Of a stretch of DNA of 64,000 nt, positions 17,801-27,473 are shown in pieces. Position 1 is the stretch's first letter, and every line of letters starts with the position of its first letter. Position numbers and translations under genes: made by a program. The DNA is from a virus: positions 58,177-122,176 of the IMG/VR virus record IMGVR_UViG_3300042862_000198; one strand, written 5' to 3'. The notes under the pieces were generated by a model. It ran no database searches and was not told the DNA's origin. It worked only from the letters and a program-made list of their open reading frames with translations.

Positions 17801-20414
17801 TATTAATAATTTAAAAAGATCTGATACAGTTGTTTTAAGAACTCAAAATGGTAATGCTCAAACTGATGGCCCATTACCTATTAATGCTGATAATTCATTA
17901 GTTACATTAGGTACATTAATACAAACATCTTCTGCTGCGGATAGACCAACTTTGCCAAGTTTTACTAGTTTAGAAATTCCTTTTAATAGACAAATTGCTA
18001 GTCATTATGCAGGTATTAAAGTTAGACTTAGAAATCAATATGGACAGTTAGATGGTATTAAACAAATACCTATTACACCGTGTGAACAAAAAATGAATTT
18101 TAATGTTACTACAGCTCCTTTCCCAGAAAATAATTTTGTTACTATAAATTCTGGAAGAGACTGTCCTACAATATTTAATCCTACAACAGGAAATAGTAAT
18201 TTAATTTGGTTAAGATTAGCTCAAACTCCTATATTTTTTGGAGGTGATACTTTTATAAATAGATATACTGAAAGAAATACATTTTTTTATTTTTATGATT
18301 GGTTGTTTAATGAACCTGATGGGTATGAATTTAATTATACATTGTATAATATGATTCCTACTGCAAGATTTTTTATAAATAGCATTGAATATGATCCATC
18401 TGTATTAGCACCTAATCAAGCAGTAGTTTTAGCTTTAATTAATCCAGGTAGTATAACTCCTTCTGGTACTGGTCCATGGCCAAGGGATTATTATCAACTT
18501 GATTGGTGGACAGATGATAATTCTAATGATCGTTATAATTATATTAATGATGATGAAGGTAATTATGGTTCTACTTGGGACTTAAGTGTGCCAAATGCTA
18601 ATTTTTATTTAGCAAATTCTAGTGTTAGAGACTTTTTTGTTGAATCAGATGTATTAGTAGATTTTAGACAACAAGGATTAACAGAAGGTGAAAAACATTA
18701 TGATCCATATAGATATACTGATTTAGAACGTATGTTTAATATTAATCCTGAAACTATAACAAAAGGAAATAGATATAGATATGATTATTCTTTAAGTATA
18801 TCTAAAGCCTTTACTCAATATTTTTCTCAAGGTACTTTACAAAGCAGGTATTATAATCCTCAAGTTTCACAACTTTGTTATACTTATTATCCTGATAGAA
18901 TATATTATTCTTTACAACAGCAAGATGAATCATTTAAAGATAGTTGGTTTATATATTTAGCAAATAATTACAAAGAATTTAAATCACAAGTAAGTGGTGT
19001 AAAAAGTGTAAATAAAAGTGGTATACTAATTACATTTAAAAATGATGGTCCTTTAATGTTCCAAGGTACTGATCAGTTACAAACTGATTTAGGAACTAAA
19101 CTTACTATTGGAGATGGAGGATTATTTTCACAACCCGGACAAGCTATAACAAATGCTGATAAATCATATGAATATGGTTCATCACAAAATAGATTATCAG
19201 TTATTGCATCTCCTGTAGGAATATATTATATATCTCAAAATCAAGGTAAGATTTTTACTTATGGTCAAGGATTAGAAGAAATATCTTCTATAGGATTAAA
19301 GTGGTGGTTTAATTTATTTTTACCATATAAACTTACTGATGACTTTCCTGATTATCCATATAAAGATAATCCAGTAGCTGGTATAGGTTGTCAAACTATG
19401 TATGATAGTGATAACACAATGTTATATTTTAGTAAAAAAGATTATAGGTTAAGAAAAACTACTGATCCAATTCCAAGAGTTCCCGGAACTGTTGCTTATG
19501 TACCTTTAATAACATATGGTAAAGATACTGGTAAAGGAGATTACTTTACATTAAATGGACAAGGAAGATATTTATTAGGAGATCCTTTCTTATTTGAAGA
19601 TGCCTCTTGGACAATAAGTTATGACCCAAAAATAAAAGCATGGATTTCTTTTCATGACTGGCATCCTAGCTTATCTTTAGGTACCAAAAATACTTTTTTA
19701 ACAACCGGAGACATAGGAAAACAAAATTCATTATGGAAACATAATTTTGTATGTAATAACTTTTGTAATTTTTATGATACACCATATCCTTTTGAAGTTG
19801 AGTTCCCTCACATTACTGGACAAACAGTAACTACTATAAGATCATTTGAATATATGTTAGAGTGTTATAAAAGATCAAGTATTAACTGTGTTGACCAGTT
19901 TAAAATTTTAGATTATAATTTTGATAAGGTTGTTATATTTAATAATGAACAAGTATCTGGATATTTAAATTTAAATATATTTCCAAAAAACAATGTAACT
20001 TTAAGTTTAACATATCCTAAATTAAATACAACAAACTTTGCTTCTTATGATATACTATTTTCTAAAGAAGAAAGTAAATATAAATTCAATCAATTTTGGG
20101 ATATAACTGCAGACCGTGGTGAATTTCCAGTAGGTTCAGGTTATCCACCATTAGGGCCAGTAATTCCTGGTACAACTGTATTGTCTGGAAATTATACTGA
20201 AAGAAATATATGGATAACAGATGCAAGTGGTTATAAAAAAATATTAAACCCATCTAATTTAAATTATGCTAAACCACCATTAGAAAGAAAAAAGTTTAGA
20301 AGTTATTTAAATTTTTTAAATTTAACAAGAAATGCAGCACCTGTTGGAGTTGTAAATGATGTTAATATGATAATTAAAGTGTTTGATGCTAAAATTCAAT
20401 ATTCTCCAAGATAA
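14871..20414 (+). CDS. Tail stabilisation / muzzle protein (P22 gp10-like, crAss-type)
   Basis: 1847 aa; N-terminal FTKGLNKD...WTHARNA; YLRDEVYAFFI; C-terminal WTISYDPKIKAWISFHDWHP, recalled as typical of this family. Confidence 0.75.
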   Translation: MAESENSGQSITHTFTKGLNKDSDPTYVNEGMWTHARNAVNNTSEGDLGTLSNETSNYLCAITGATMQAAVTDIYIIGCIQIFSDKWIIFTAGHDNQGRPIMSEIGLLQEERCIYQPIVQDACLAFDKRFLISGVSREKEDCTWQVYWADGLNPDRYLNIGDPQTWIPTSYTYFGNSSGPLLVNYYSNGVNPPELWPGVEWDKLCSDNAGCNQTSPGVWPFGCPPVNACITCTPVNSLNCDKIRLARFMTTPCLNVTLGSSGGTLRNGTYYACIAYSIKGQKVTDYFSASNTQPVWSPDDLEGAIRISINADSENFDEFILVVVQIINQGAVAKQIGFYSTNTTVVELDQIKEDLITVPIGFLPIQTPIFEKSDQISEVNNYLLRVGPTSKLDFNYQPLANLITSKWASVEYPGNYYVKGGGKGSYLRDEVYAFFIRWIYDTGDKSSSYHIPGRIPSTYNNIIETAVLSNANPANINSLTPDDELYEVFNTASQTATPGTVLDDGGRVIAVGNMAYWESNEKYPDKKPDIWNSTSQCWTPLTIDPLTGLPTTAFDLCGKNIRHHKFPDNALNINTYHFLANPATATQNNDNQIRLMGVYFENITYPKDNEGNDIPGIVGYEILRGSREGNKSIIAKGMLNNLRTFAIKGSNAATATTGLYPNYPFNTITPPSASIGGNVGAQNDPYIRIPQTPGAQKPSSGIINQSVPSDMMTFHSPDTMFRTPFLSVTELKLYGQLRGTSQHQFLTPSDHPQFKLLSDTSTIVMIVGGIIEAILSNIGRTEQTIDSPFLGETITGGTTVPSVGNAAYAPLEAAYELRLGDPTTANPLSLLGYFNAAGGVADFTTLGLTSITSRTNIFNTATAAIPGVISQKRSYKNDLGDRQVLGRVGSVAFNAIGKFTYYFAKGADTSKKLILLFVKYKQYALQSVAHGFYGNFVPEPAANIFRYSIEDAFYIRDTIQEVPRYQSTITGLSQSYSINNLKRSDTVVLRTQNGNAQTDGPLPINADNSLVTLGTLIQTSSAADRPTLPSFTSLEIPFNRQIASHYAGIKVRLRNQYGQLDGIKQIPITPCEQKMNFNVTTAPFPENNFVTINSGRDCPTIFNPTTGNSNLIWLRLAQTPIFFGGDTFINRYTERNTFFYFYDWLFNEPDGYEFNYTLYNMIPTARFFINSIEYDPSVLAPNQAVVLALINPGSITPSGTGPWPRDYYQLDWWTDDNSNDRYNYINDDEGNYGSTWDLSVPNANFYLANSSVRDFFVESDVLVDFRQQGLTEGEKHYDPYRYTDLERMFNINPETITKGNRYRYDYSLSISKAFTQYFSQGTLQSRYYNPQVSQLCYTYYPDRIYYSLQQQDESFKDSWFIYLANNYKEFKSQVSGVKSVNKSGILITFKNDGPLMFQGTDQLQTDLGTKLTIGDGGLFSQPGQAITNADKSYEYGSSQNRLSVIASPVGIYYISQNQGKIFTYGQGLEEISSIGLKWWFNLFLPYKLTDDFPDYPYKDNPVAGIGCQTMYDSDNTMLYFSKKDYRLRKTTDPIPRVPGTVAYVPLITYGKDTGKGDYFTLNGQGRYLLGDPFLFEDASWTISYDPKIKAWISFHDWHPSLSLGTKNTFLTTGDIGKQNSLWKHNFVCNNFCNFYDTPYPFEVEFPHITGQTVTTIRSFEYMLECYKRSSINCVDQFKILDYNFDKVVIFNNEQVSGYLNLNIFPKNNVTLSLTYPKLNTTNFASYDILFSKEESKYKFNQFWDITADRGEFPVGSGYPPLGPVIPGTTVLSGNYTERNIWITDASGYKKILNPSNLNYAKPPLERKKFRSYLNFLNLTRNAAPVGVVNDVNMIIKVFDAKIQYSPR

Positions 20415-21691
20415 TGTTAAATAAAAAAGTTTTATCTAAAATAGATTTAGGAAGTTATAAAAAACCTAATCCTTATAGTAAGGATATAATCTATGATCCA
20501 AAAGGTCAATGGAAATATCCTGGACAAAACACTAGAATACCTGGTGGAGATATTACTATGCAAGGAGTACCATATCCTGTATGGGCTCAACCTAATGTAG
20601 GTCAACCACAAATGATGTATCCTGATCAAAACTATCAGTTTCCAGGAGCAGATTATGTAGATGAGTTTCCTCAGATGAGAAAAGGAGGTAGAATAAAAGG
20701 TCTTGTATCAATGCCAAAACCAGGTAAAAAAGGTTTAATGTCTAAAAAGTATTCTAGAAGTTTAGATGCAACTAATAAACTGTTTACACAAAACTATTTA
20801 TTTGCAAAACCTAAATCTAGAAAGAATAAAGTATTTGATCCTAATGCAAACTATGCAAAAGGTGGTGCTTTACTTACTAAAGAAGTAACATGTAAAAAGT
20901 GTGGTTGGGAATGGGATGCTGCAGATGGTGGTAAAAATATTACTACATGTCATAAATGTGGTGGTCAAGGATTAGTTCATGCTCAGAAAGGTGGTTCTCA
21001 AATTTATAAATATGCAGATAGACCAGAAGCTACTTATAAAAAAGATGCTAAAGGAAATTGGTTAATAAACTTACCCTCTACTAAAGGAGAGTATGTTCCT
21101 ATTAAAGACCCAACAGGTAAACGTGCAGGTGAACTAAATGAAAAAGCTAAACCTATAACATTTAAGATGCCTGTTATTGTTAGTGCAGAAGAAAAATATC
21201 ATGATGGTCCTTTAATGGGAATAGGAAAAAACATTAATGGTGGTGATGGTATGATGGAAAACATCTTTGAAGTAGTTGATCCATCAGGAATAACATCATG
21301 GGATGATATTGCTAGAAGTTATGAAAAAGAAGGTATGTCACCTAATACGTGGTTAGAAATAGCTGGTGCTATTCCTTTGCTTGGTAAAGCTGCCAAGGCT
21401 TCTGCCGCAGGTATACATATTGCAAAATACAAAGGTTTAGATAAACTGTTGTATAATATGTTACCTAAAAGTAATACTGTGTCACGTACATTAAAAGGAG
21501 CAGGTTATGCTGGTCGTGGATATGATGGATACCAAGTTTATGATGAGGCTAACAGACCTTATACTTTAAATAATATGGGACCAAAATATGAAGAAGGTGG
21601 AGCAAGTAATGATTATGTAGATGCAGAATTAACACCAGAAGAAATAAAAGATTTAATAGCACAAGGTTATGTGATAGAAGAACTCAATTAA
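20414..21691 (+). CDS. Mosaic putative cargo protein (GG-delimited modules, Zn-ribbon, pre-toxin-TG-like segment)
   Basis: Modules separated by MRKGG, YAKGG, AQKGG, YEEGG; CKKC...CHKC; LEIAGAIPLLGKAAK. Confidence 0.55.
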   Translation: MLNKKVLSKIDLGSYKKPNPYSKDIIYDPKGQWKYPGQNTRIPGGDITMQGVPYPVWAQPNVGQPQMMYPDQNYQFPGADYVDEFPQMRKGGRIKGLVSMPKPGKKGLMSKKYSRSLDATNKLFTQNYLFAKPKSRKNKVFDPNANYAKGGALLTKEVTCKKCGWEWDAADGGKNITTCHKCGGQGLVHAQKGGSQIYKYADRPEATYKKDAKGNWLINLPSTKGEYVPIKDPTGKRAGELNEKAKPITFKMPVIVSAEEKYHDGPLMGIGKNINGGDGMMENIFEVVDPSGITSWDDIARSYEKEGMSPNTWLEIAGAIPLLGKAAKASAAGIHIAKYKGLDKLLYNMLPKSNTVSRTLKGAGYAGRGYDGYQVYDEANRPYTLNNMGPKYEEGGASNDYVDAELTPEEIKDLIAQGYVIEELN

Positions 21692-21733
21692 ACTTTATAA
21701 GTTTACTGAATAAATTAAAATTTATTATATTTA
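21689..21733 (+). promoter_or_regulatory. Putative promoter with overlapping 17-bp palindrome
   Basis: TAAACTT-TAT-AAGTTTA (21689-21705), whose last 4 nt are followed by N20 and TATATTTA (21726). Confidence 0.55.
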
Positions 21734-21748
21734 ATTATAACTAGTTAT

Positions 21749-24700
21749 ATGAAAAAAAGAGTAAGAATTTATAAATCATCAGATGGTGAAGGTAAATTTA
21801 TAAATAAAACTGCACAATTTTTACAAAGAGCCCAAGAAGGGGGAGTTCCTGATTCTAATATGATGGGATATCCAGGTGCTCAACAACAATCTCAAGAACT
21901 TACTGATGATCAGTTAGCATCTGTTGTATTACAAGATATATCAAATTCTGCACCTAGAGAAGCAATTGTTGTAAAGTTAGTTAATGTATTTGGTAAAGAA
22001 CCAACGCAAGCTATGCAATTTGTAGATCAAATGTATAACTATGTTAAAGAACAACAACAATCAGAAATAGATAGTGAAGATAATGAAGATGAAGAATCAG
22101 AAGATATAGTATCTGGAAATGATGTAATAGAAATTGCAGAACCTGAAGAAGAAGAAGAATCTCAATCAGGTACAGACATGTCAAATGAAATGATTCTAGA
22201 AGATGATGGATCAGATTATGATGACAATGCAGCAGCATCAGATTTAATTATGCAATATGGTGGTTACTATAAAGCTCAAGATGGTGTAGAAGTTCCTATT
22301 GAAATGCCTGATCTAAGTGCTTATTTACCACAAAATATTTCTGATTACTATGATAATTTAGATTATATATCACAAAGGGCATACCCAGAACTTGAAGAGG
22401 ATACTGAAGAATATCAAGATTTTGTAGCACCTGACGTGCCTGAAGATGTTGATTTTGATGTTGCAAGATATGGTGGAAGTAAAAAAAGTAAAAAACAGTT
22501 TGTAAATTCTGTTCTTAATCTTGTTAAAAAACAAATGGGTGGTCCTAATGAAGATAGTGAAACTTCAAGTAATGATGCAGACCCAACTGGTTCTAATGTA
22601 AGAAAACAAAATCTTGATAAATTTATTAATTCTGTAAAAAATGAATCTGCAATAGCAACAGCTCAAAAACAAGCTGAAGAACATTATGATCAAATGATAC
22701 AACAACAGCAAATGCCACAACTGAATGAAGAAATGCAAAGAGGTGGTAGAGTAGTTCGTGGTAATAAATTGAGATATAAAGCAAATCAGTTAAGAGATTT
22801 TTTAACAGGTAGAAATAGAAGAGAAGAAAATGATTATAGTAATGTTGATAATAATTCTTCAACAGGCTATGAAAGTGGAGATTACAATCAAGATGGTTAT
22901 ACAGATGCAACTGATTATGCTGTTAGAGGACAATTTGATGAACAAAGACCTAGTTATAGAGTAGATGTTAGGAAATCAAATTGGTTAACAGGTAGACCTA
23001 GTAAATACACAATTGATTATTATGGACAAAGTCCAATGCCAGGAATGGGTTCAAAAAACCAAGGTACTGGAATGTATACTCTTGATGGCAAAATATATAG
23101 GTGGCCTGCAACTAGGAAAAAAGTTGAAGTAGCTGCAGCTTCTGTAAACAAAGATGCAATTAAAGAAGTAGCAACTGCTACTCCAGATTCAAAAGCTACA
23201 ACTAAAGCTTCTGAAACTGCTGTAACATCTACTACAAGTACATCAACTCAAGGAACTGTTGCAAAAGATGTTAAAGCTGGTGATATAAAAGAAACAGTAA
23301 CAACAACTAAAAATGGTAAAACTACTGTTGTTCCAACTAATTATGGAACTATTGATCCTAGTAAAATGTTAAGATTAGATACAGTAGGTAATAATTTTGT
23401 AACTAAGTATCTTGATTCTGAATCTAAGACTCCTATAATTAAACAAAGAGATAATTGGGGTAGACCAGTAGGTGATAAGTTCTATGGATATAATCCTAAA
23501 ACAAAAAAATATGAACAAGGAAAACTAAAAAATAAATATGGAGGTTCTATGCCTTATGAAATAGGGGGATCAGTTAATGATCCTTTTATGGATCCTTATG
23601 GAAACTTACAGCAATTTATAGATGGTGGAGATGAAGACTTTACTCAAGCTGACATAGATGATGTGTATTCTAAAAATACTGCTAATGCAGATTTTCCAGA
23701 ATCTGAATATCAAAGAGGTGGTGGAGTTAGAAGGTTTATTGAAAATAATTTTCCAGGAAATATAATAGGTCCTAGAAGAACTTATAGAAATGAAATCCAA
23801 AGAGTTTATGATCCAAGAACAGGTAAGACAGTTGCTATGCCTATTAATATGGGTAACTTATCTTCAGTAAATGTAGATAAATCTAGATTTTCAGGTGCTC
23901 CAAAAAAATATACTATGTATTTTAATGGTCAATCTGGTCAACCTAGTACTACATCAAAAGGTAATACTACTTCTCAAAGTGGTCGTGATAGATATTGTTT
24001 AGATTTTCCTAATTCACCAAATTGTCAAGGTGGAAAAAAACCAGTTAAAGATAATTATACTGAAGATACTAGAGAAAATAATAAAAATCAAAGATCTGGA
24101 AGACAAGGTTATGGTTTTATGAATGATTTAAAACTTAGAATGCAAGGTTTAGATGAATATGGAAATCCTAAAGGTAGTAAGCAAAGTGATAAAGTACCAT
24201 TGTCTAATGAAGAAATGCTTATAAAACAAGGTAAAATTTGGGATGAAAAAAGTAAACGTTGGATTGTAAAACCAGAACCACTTTCTGCACCTATGCAGTA
24301 TATGAAAGATTCATTAACTTTACCCAATAATCCTCAACCTTTTTCATCTGATCAATTAATTAATACATCAGGACCAAGAAATACAGAAATGCAATATGGA
24401 GGAGGCTTAGAAATGTTTATTCCTAGAGCACAAGATGGTTTTCAAACTCCTTTAAGTCCAGGAGAATGTCCAATGGGTTCTACTAAAAATGCAGCTGGAG
24501 ATTGTGTAGATTTTATGGGTAAAGTTGTTAAAAAAAGATCTACAGGATCTGACTTTGGAAATAATACTCAAGATATGAAACAACCAGGAGTAATGGATGA
24601 AGATTATAAAAATCCATTAACAGGTGAAAAGCCTGGTGTTATTAAAGGTGCTGATGGAAATCTTAAAATGAATCAAGAAGATCCAACATTTTATGGAGAT

Positions 24701-25108
24701 CAGTATGCTGTTGATGTAGAAAATAAAAGAAATAAAGGAAAACTTACCTTTGGTAAAAATAATACTGGAGTTAGTGAAGCAAGATTAAGTTTATTTAATA
24801 CAGGAGTTGATATGATAGATAGTGCTAGTAGAAATAGAGACTATCAAAAAGCAGAAGCTGAAATGCAAGAAGATTTAAATTCTAATAATCTTTATGCTTC
24901 TAAATCAACTCTTGACAAAGGAGATTATGAAACTAATTCAGGTTTATTTAGACCTGATGAACAAGGAGCAATGCGTGAAAGTAGATCTAAACAATATGGT
25001 GGAGATGTATATCAAGATGGAGGTTATGTAGAAGGTGATGAAGTTTTCATGACTGATGAAGAAATACAAGAATTTCTTGCTAATGGTGGTGATTTAGAAT
25101 TTATATAA
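21749..25108 (+). CDS. Low-complexity putative internal/cargo protein with repeated xxxGG motifs
   Basis: 1119 aa; acidic and Q/T-rich, likely largely disordered; about 12 [AMFYK]xxGG-type motifs. Confidence 0.6.
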   Translation: MKKRVRIYKSSDGEGKFINKTAQFLQRAQEGGVPDSNMMGYPGAQQQSQELTDDQLASVVLQDISNSAPREAIVVKLVNVFGKEPTQAMQFVDQMYNYVKEQQQSEIDSEDNEDEESEDIVSGNDVIEIAEPEEEEESQSGTDMSNEMILEDDGSDYDDNAAASDLIMQYGGYYKAQDGVEVPIEMPDLSAYLPQNISDYYDNLDYISQRAYPELEEDTEEYQDFVAPDVPEDVDFDVARYGGSKKSKKQFVNSVLNLVKKQMGGPNEDSETSSNDADPTGSNVRKQNLDKFINSVKNESAIATAQKQAEEHYDQMIQQQQMPQLNEEMQRGGRVVRGNKLRYKANQLRDFLTGRNRREENDYSNVDNNSSTGYESGDYNQDGYTDATDYAVRGQFDEQRPSYRVDVRKSNWLTGRPSKYTIDYYGQSPMPGMGSKNQGTGMYTLDGKIYRWPATRKKVEVAAASVNKDAIKEVATATPDSKATTKASETAVTSTTSTSTQGTVAKDVKAGDIKETVTTTKNGKTTVVPTNYGTIDPSKMLRLDTVGNNFVTKYLDSESKTPIIKQRDNWGRPVGDKFYGYNPKTKKYEQGKLKNKYGGSMPYEIGGSVNDPFMDPYGNLQQFIDGGDEDFTQADIDDVYSKNTANADFPESEYQRGGGVRRFIENNFPGNIIGPRRTYRNEIQRVYDPRTGKTVAMPINMGNLSSVNVDKSRFSGAPKKYTMYFNGQSGQPSTTSKGNTTSQSGRDRYCLDFPNSPNCQGGKKPVKDNYTEDTRENNKNQRSGRQGYGFMNDLKLRMQGLDEYGNPKGSKQSDKVPLSNEEMLIKQGKIWDEKSKRWIVKPEPLSAPMQYMKDSLTLPNNPQPFSSDQLINTSGPRNTEMQYGGGLEMFIPRAQDGFQTPLSPGECPMGSTKNAAGDCVDFMGKVVKKRSTGSDFGNNTQDMKQPGVMDEDYKNPLTGEKPGVIKGADGNLKMNQEDPTFYGDQYAVDVENKRNKGKLTFGKNNTGVSEARLSLFNTGVDMIDSASRNRDYQKAEAEMQEDLNSNNLYASKSTLDKGDYETNSGLFRPDEQGAMRESRSKQYGGDVYQDGGYVEGDEVFMTDEEIQEFLANGGDLEFI

Positions 25109-25118
25109 ACTATATAAG

Positions 25119-27407
25119 ATGTTAAGAAGAGTAAAAATTAAAGTTGTTCCTAAAGCTAAAACTGGTTATCAAGTTCAAGGATCATTATATAATAGCCCAG
25201 CAACTATTGGTGGAGCTGATTATAATGCTAATATGGGGGCACCTGATGCTAAAGTTAAAAGAACTATATCAAGAGTTCCTAGAAAAGAAGCTAACTTAGA
25301 AGCTGAAGGTGGAGAGACTGTAGTTGGTAACTTAGATGGAAGCATGATGCCTTCATTTAAAACAATTGTAGGTCCAAGACATAGTAGTGGTGGTGTTCCT
25401 CTTAATTTACCTGATGACAGTTTTATTTTTAGTGATACTAAATCTATGATGATTACTGATCCTGTTATTTTAAAAATGTTTAATAAAAAACCAAAGAAAG
25501 GTGGTTATACTCCTGCTGAGTTATCAAAGAAATTTGATATCAATAAGTATAGAGAACTTTTACAAAATCCTGATGCAGATAAGATAGATATTAAGACTGC
25601 TGAATTAATGATTAAGAATAGTGTATTAAAGTTAGGAGCATTAGCATTAGCTCAAGAATCTAAAAAAGCTTTTCCTCAAGGTATTCCAGAAATTGCTAAA
25701 CCATATATGGAAGCAAATGGAATAGCTGAAGAAGATTTAATACCACAGCCACAACAACAAAATCCTGAAATGCAAAATCAGGAAATGGAACAAGAGATGC
25801 CAATGGAAATGCCAAATGGTGAACCTGTTGCAATGCCACAAGAAGAAATGTTACAACCAGGCATGGATCAACCAGCTCCTATGGCAGCTTATGGTATGTC
25901 TATGGGTGGTTATGATATGCCAGAGTATATGGCTTATGGTGGCATGTTCCAAAGAGGTGGGCCAAATACAACAAGACAACAATCAAAAACTGATTATACT
26001 AAAGATTATGGTATTAAACTTAATGAAGAAGGTATTGGTGTTGATAGATATGAAAATATTCAAGGAAAATCAAAAATAGGTTTTGGAAATGCTGAAGAAA
26101 ACTTAAAGAGTTTTGCTAAATGGGAAAAAATATATCCAGGATATGCTGAATTATTAAAAGAAATAAATAAACCAGGTGGTCCAGGAAAAAATAATCCTAA
26201 AGTTAAGCAATTTCAAACTTGGATTAATAATGATTACATACCTGAACAAGTAGCAGAACTTAATTCTAAAAGAGTTTCTTCTGGAAGACCAGCCTATACT
26301 GAAAATGAGTTAACTAATTTAAAGTCTAGTCTTATAAGTGATTTTGGTTTTGACAGTAGCACAGGACAAAGAATTGATGCTGATTTTGGAGCTTTTACAT
26401 CATCAAGAACACCTATAAATTTTGATTTTGAAAAGATGCCAGATAAAGAAAAAGGTCCTTGTCAATGTGAGGATGCTACAAAAACTGGATATGAATCTAA
26501 AGTAAATGGTGTATGTCCATGTGATACTAAAAAGTCTCCATGTGAATGTACTGACCCTGATACTGGTGACACATATGATCCTGGTGAAGATGCAAATGGT
26601 AATTGTAATGAATGTTCAAAAGAATATCCTGGTGAAACCCCAGAAAAAGAGAATGCTAAATGGTGGTTACAAGATAACATAAATACTATGGGTGCAGCTT
26701 CTGATCTAGCAGGTATTAAAAAATATATGCCGTGGGAAGCAAGAGTTGATCTTGAAGAACCAAGACCTACATTTTTAGATCCTACAAGAGAACTTGCTGC
26801 ACAATCTGAACAAGCTAATATTGCTTCTCAAGCTTCTGCATCTTTTGCAGGTCCTCAAGGATTAGGTGCAAGAAATGCAGCAACACAAGGAAATGCAGCA
26901 ACTCAAGCAGCAAACACTTTAGGTAATATAAATAATCAAAATGTAAATATAGCAAACCAGTTTGAGGCAAATCAAGTTGGTGTTAGAAATCAAGAACAAG
27001 CTATGAACCAACAAATGGCTACTAGACGTTATGATAAAAATGTTATTGCTAACCAACAATTTGATAATGCTAAAAGACAAGGAAGAAAAGCTTTAAGAGA
27101 TTCCTATACTACAGCTATTACTAATAGAGCTAAGACAGATGCTATGAATCAAATGTATCCTAATTATCAAGTAGATCCAGCATCTGGAGGTTTTGTTGAC
27201 TATACTCCAACTGATAAAGAATTTGATAAAACAAAAGAAGCGGATATATTTGAGTATAGAAATAAACTTAAAGCTGCAGGTTGGTCTGAAAAAGAGATTA
27301 CTGCAGAAATGGCAAGAAAGTTTGGTAAAAAGTTTGGTGGTGCAATTTATGGTAATGGTGGAGGAGTTTATGTAATGGGTGGTTCAGTTTATCCTTTTTT
27401 AGACTAA
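25119..27407 (+). CDS. Putative cargo/ejection protein
   Basis: ANLEAEGGETV...GPRHSSGGV...FIFSD domain, recalled from crAss-like cargo proteins; Q/A/N-rich helical C-terminal half; GG motifs. Confidence 0.6.
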   Translation: MLRRVKIKVVPKAKTGYQVQGSLYNSPATIGGADYNANMGAPDAKVKRTISRVPRKEANLEAEGGETVVGNLDGSMMPSFKTIVGPRHSSGGVPLNLPDDSFIFSDTKSMMITDPVILKMFNKKPKKGGYTPAELSKKFDINKYRELLQNPDADKIDIKTAELMIKNSVLKLGALALAQESKKAFPQGIPEIAKPYMEANGIAEEDLIPQPQQQNPEMQNQEMEQEMPMEMPNGEPVAMPQEEMLQPGMDQPAPMAAYGMSMGGYDMPEYMAYGGMFQRGGPNTTRQQSKTDYTKDYGIKLNEEGIGVDRYENIQGKSKIGFGNAEENLKSFAKWEKIYPGYAELLKEINKPGGPGKNNPKVKQFQTWINNDYIPEQVAELNSKRVSSGRPAYTENELTNLKSSLISDFGFDSSTGQRIDADFGAFTSSRTPINFDFEKMPDKEKGPCQCEDATKTGYESKVNGVCPCDTKKSPCECTDPDTGDTYDPGEDANGNCNECSKEYPGETPEKENAKWWLQDNINTMGAASDLAGIKKYMPWEARVDLEEPRPTFLDPTRELAAQSEQANIASQASASFAGPQGLGARNAATQGNAATQAANTLGNINNQNVNIANQFEANQVGVRNQEQAMNQQMATRRYDKNVIANQQFDNAKRQGRKALRDSYTTAITNRAKTDAMNQMYPNYQVDPASGGFVDYTPTDKEFDKTKEADIFEYRNKLKAAGWSEKEITAEMARKFGKKFGGAIYGNGGGVYVMGGSVYPFLD

Positions 27408-27452
27408 TAAACTTTTTAAATTTACTAAACTTATAAAATTTTAATATATTTA
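27408..27452 (+). promoter_or_regulatory. Putative promoter with overlapping near-palindrome
   Basis: TAAACTT-TTT-AAATTTA (27408-27424), then N20, then TATATTTA (27445); same layout as 21689-21733. Confidence 0.55.
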
Positions 27453-27473
27453 CAGTATAGATAATAATAAATT

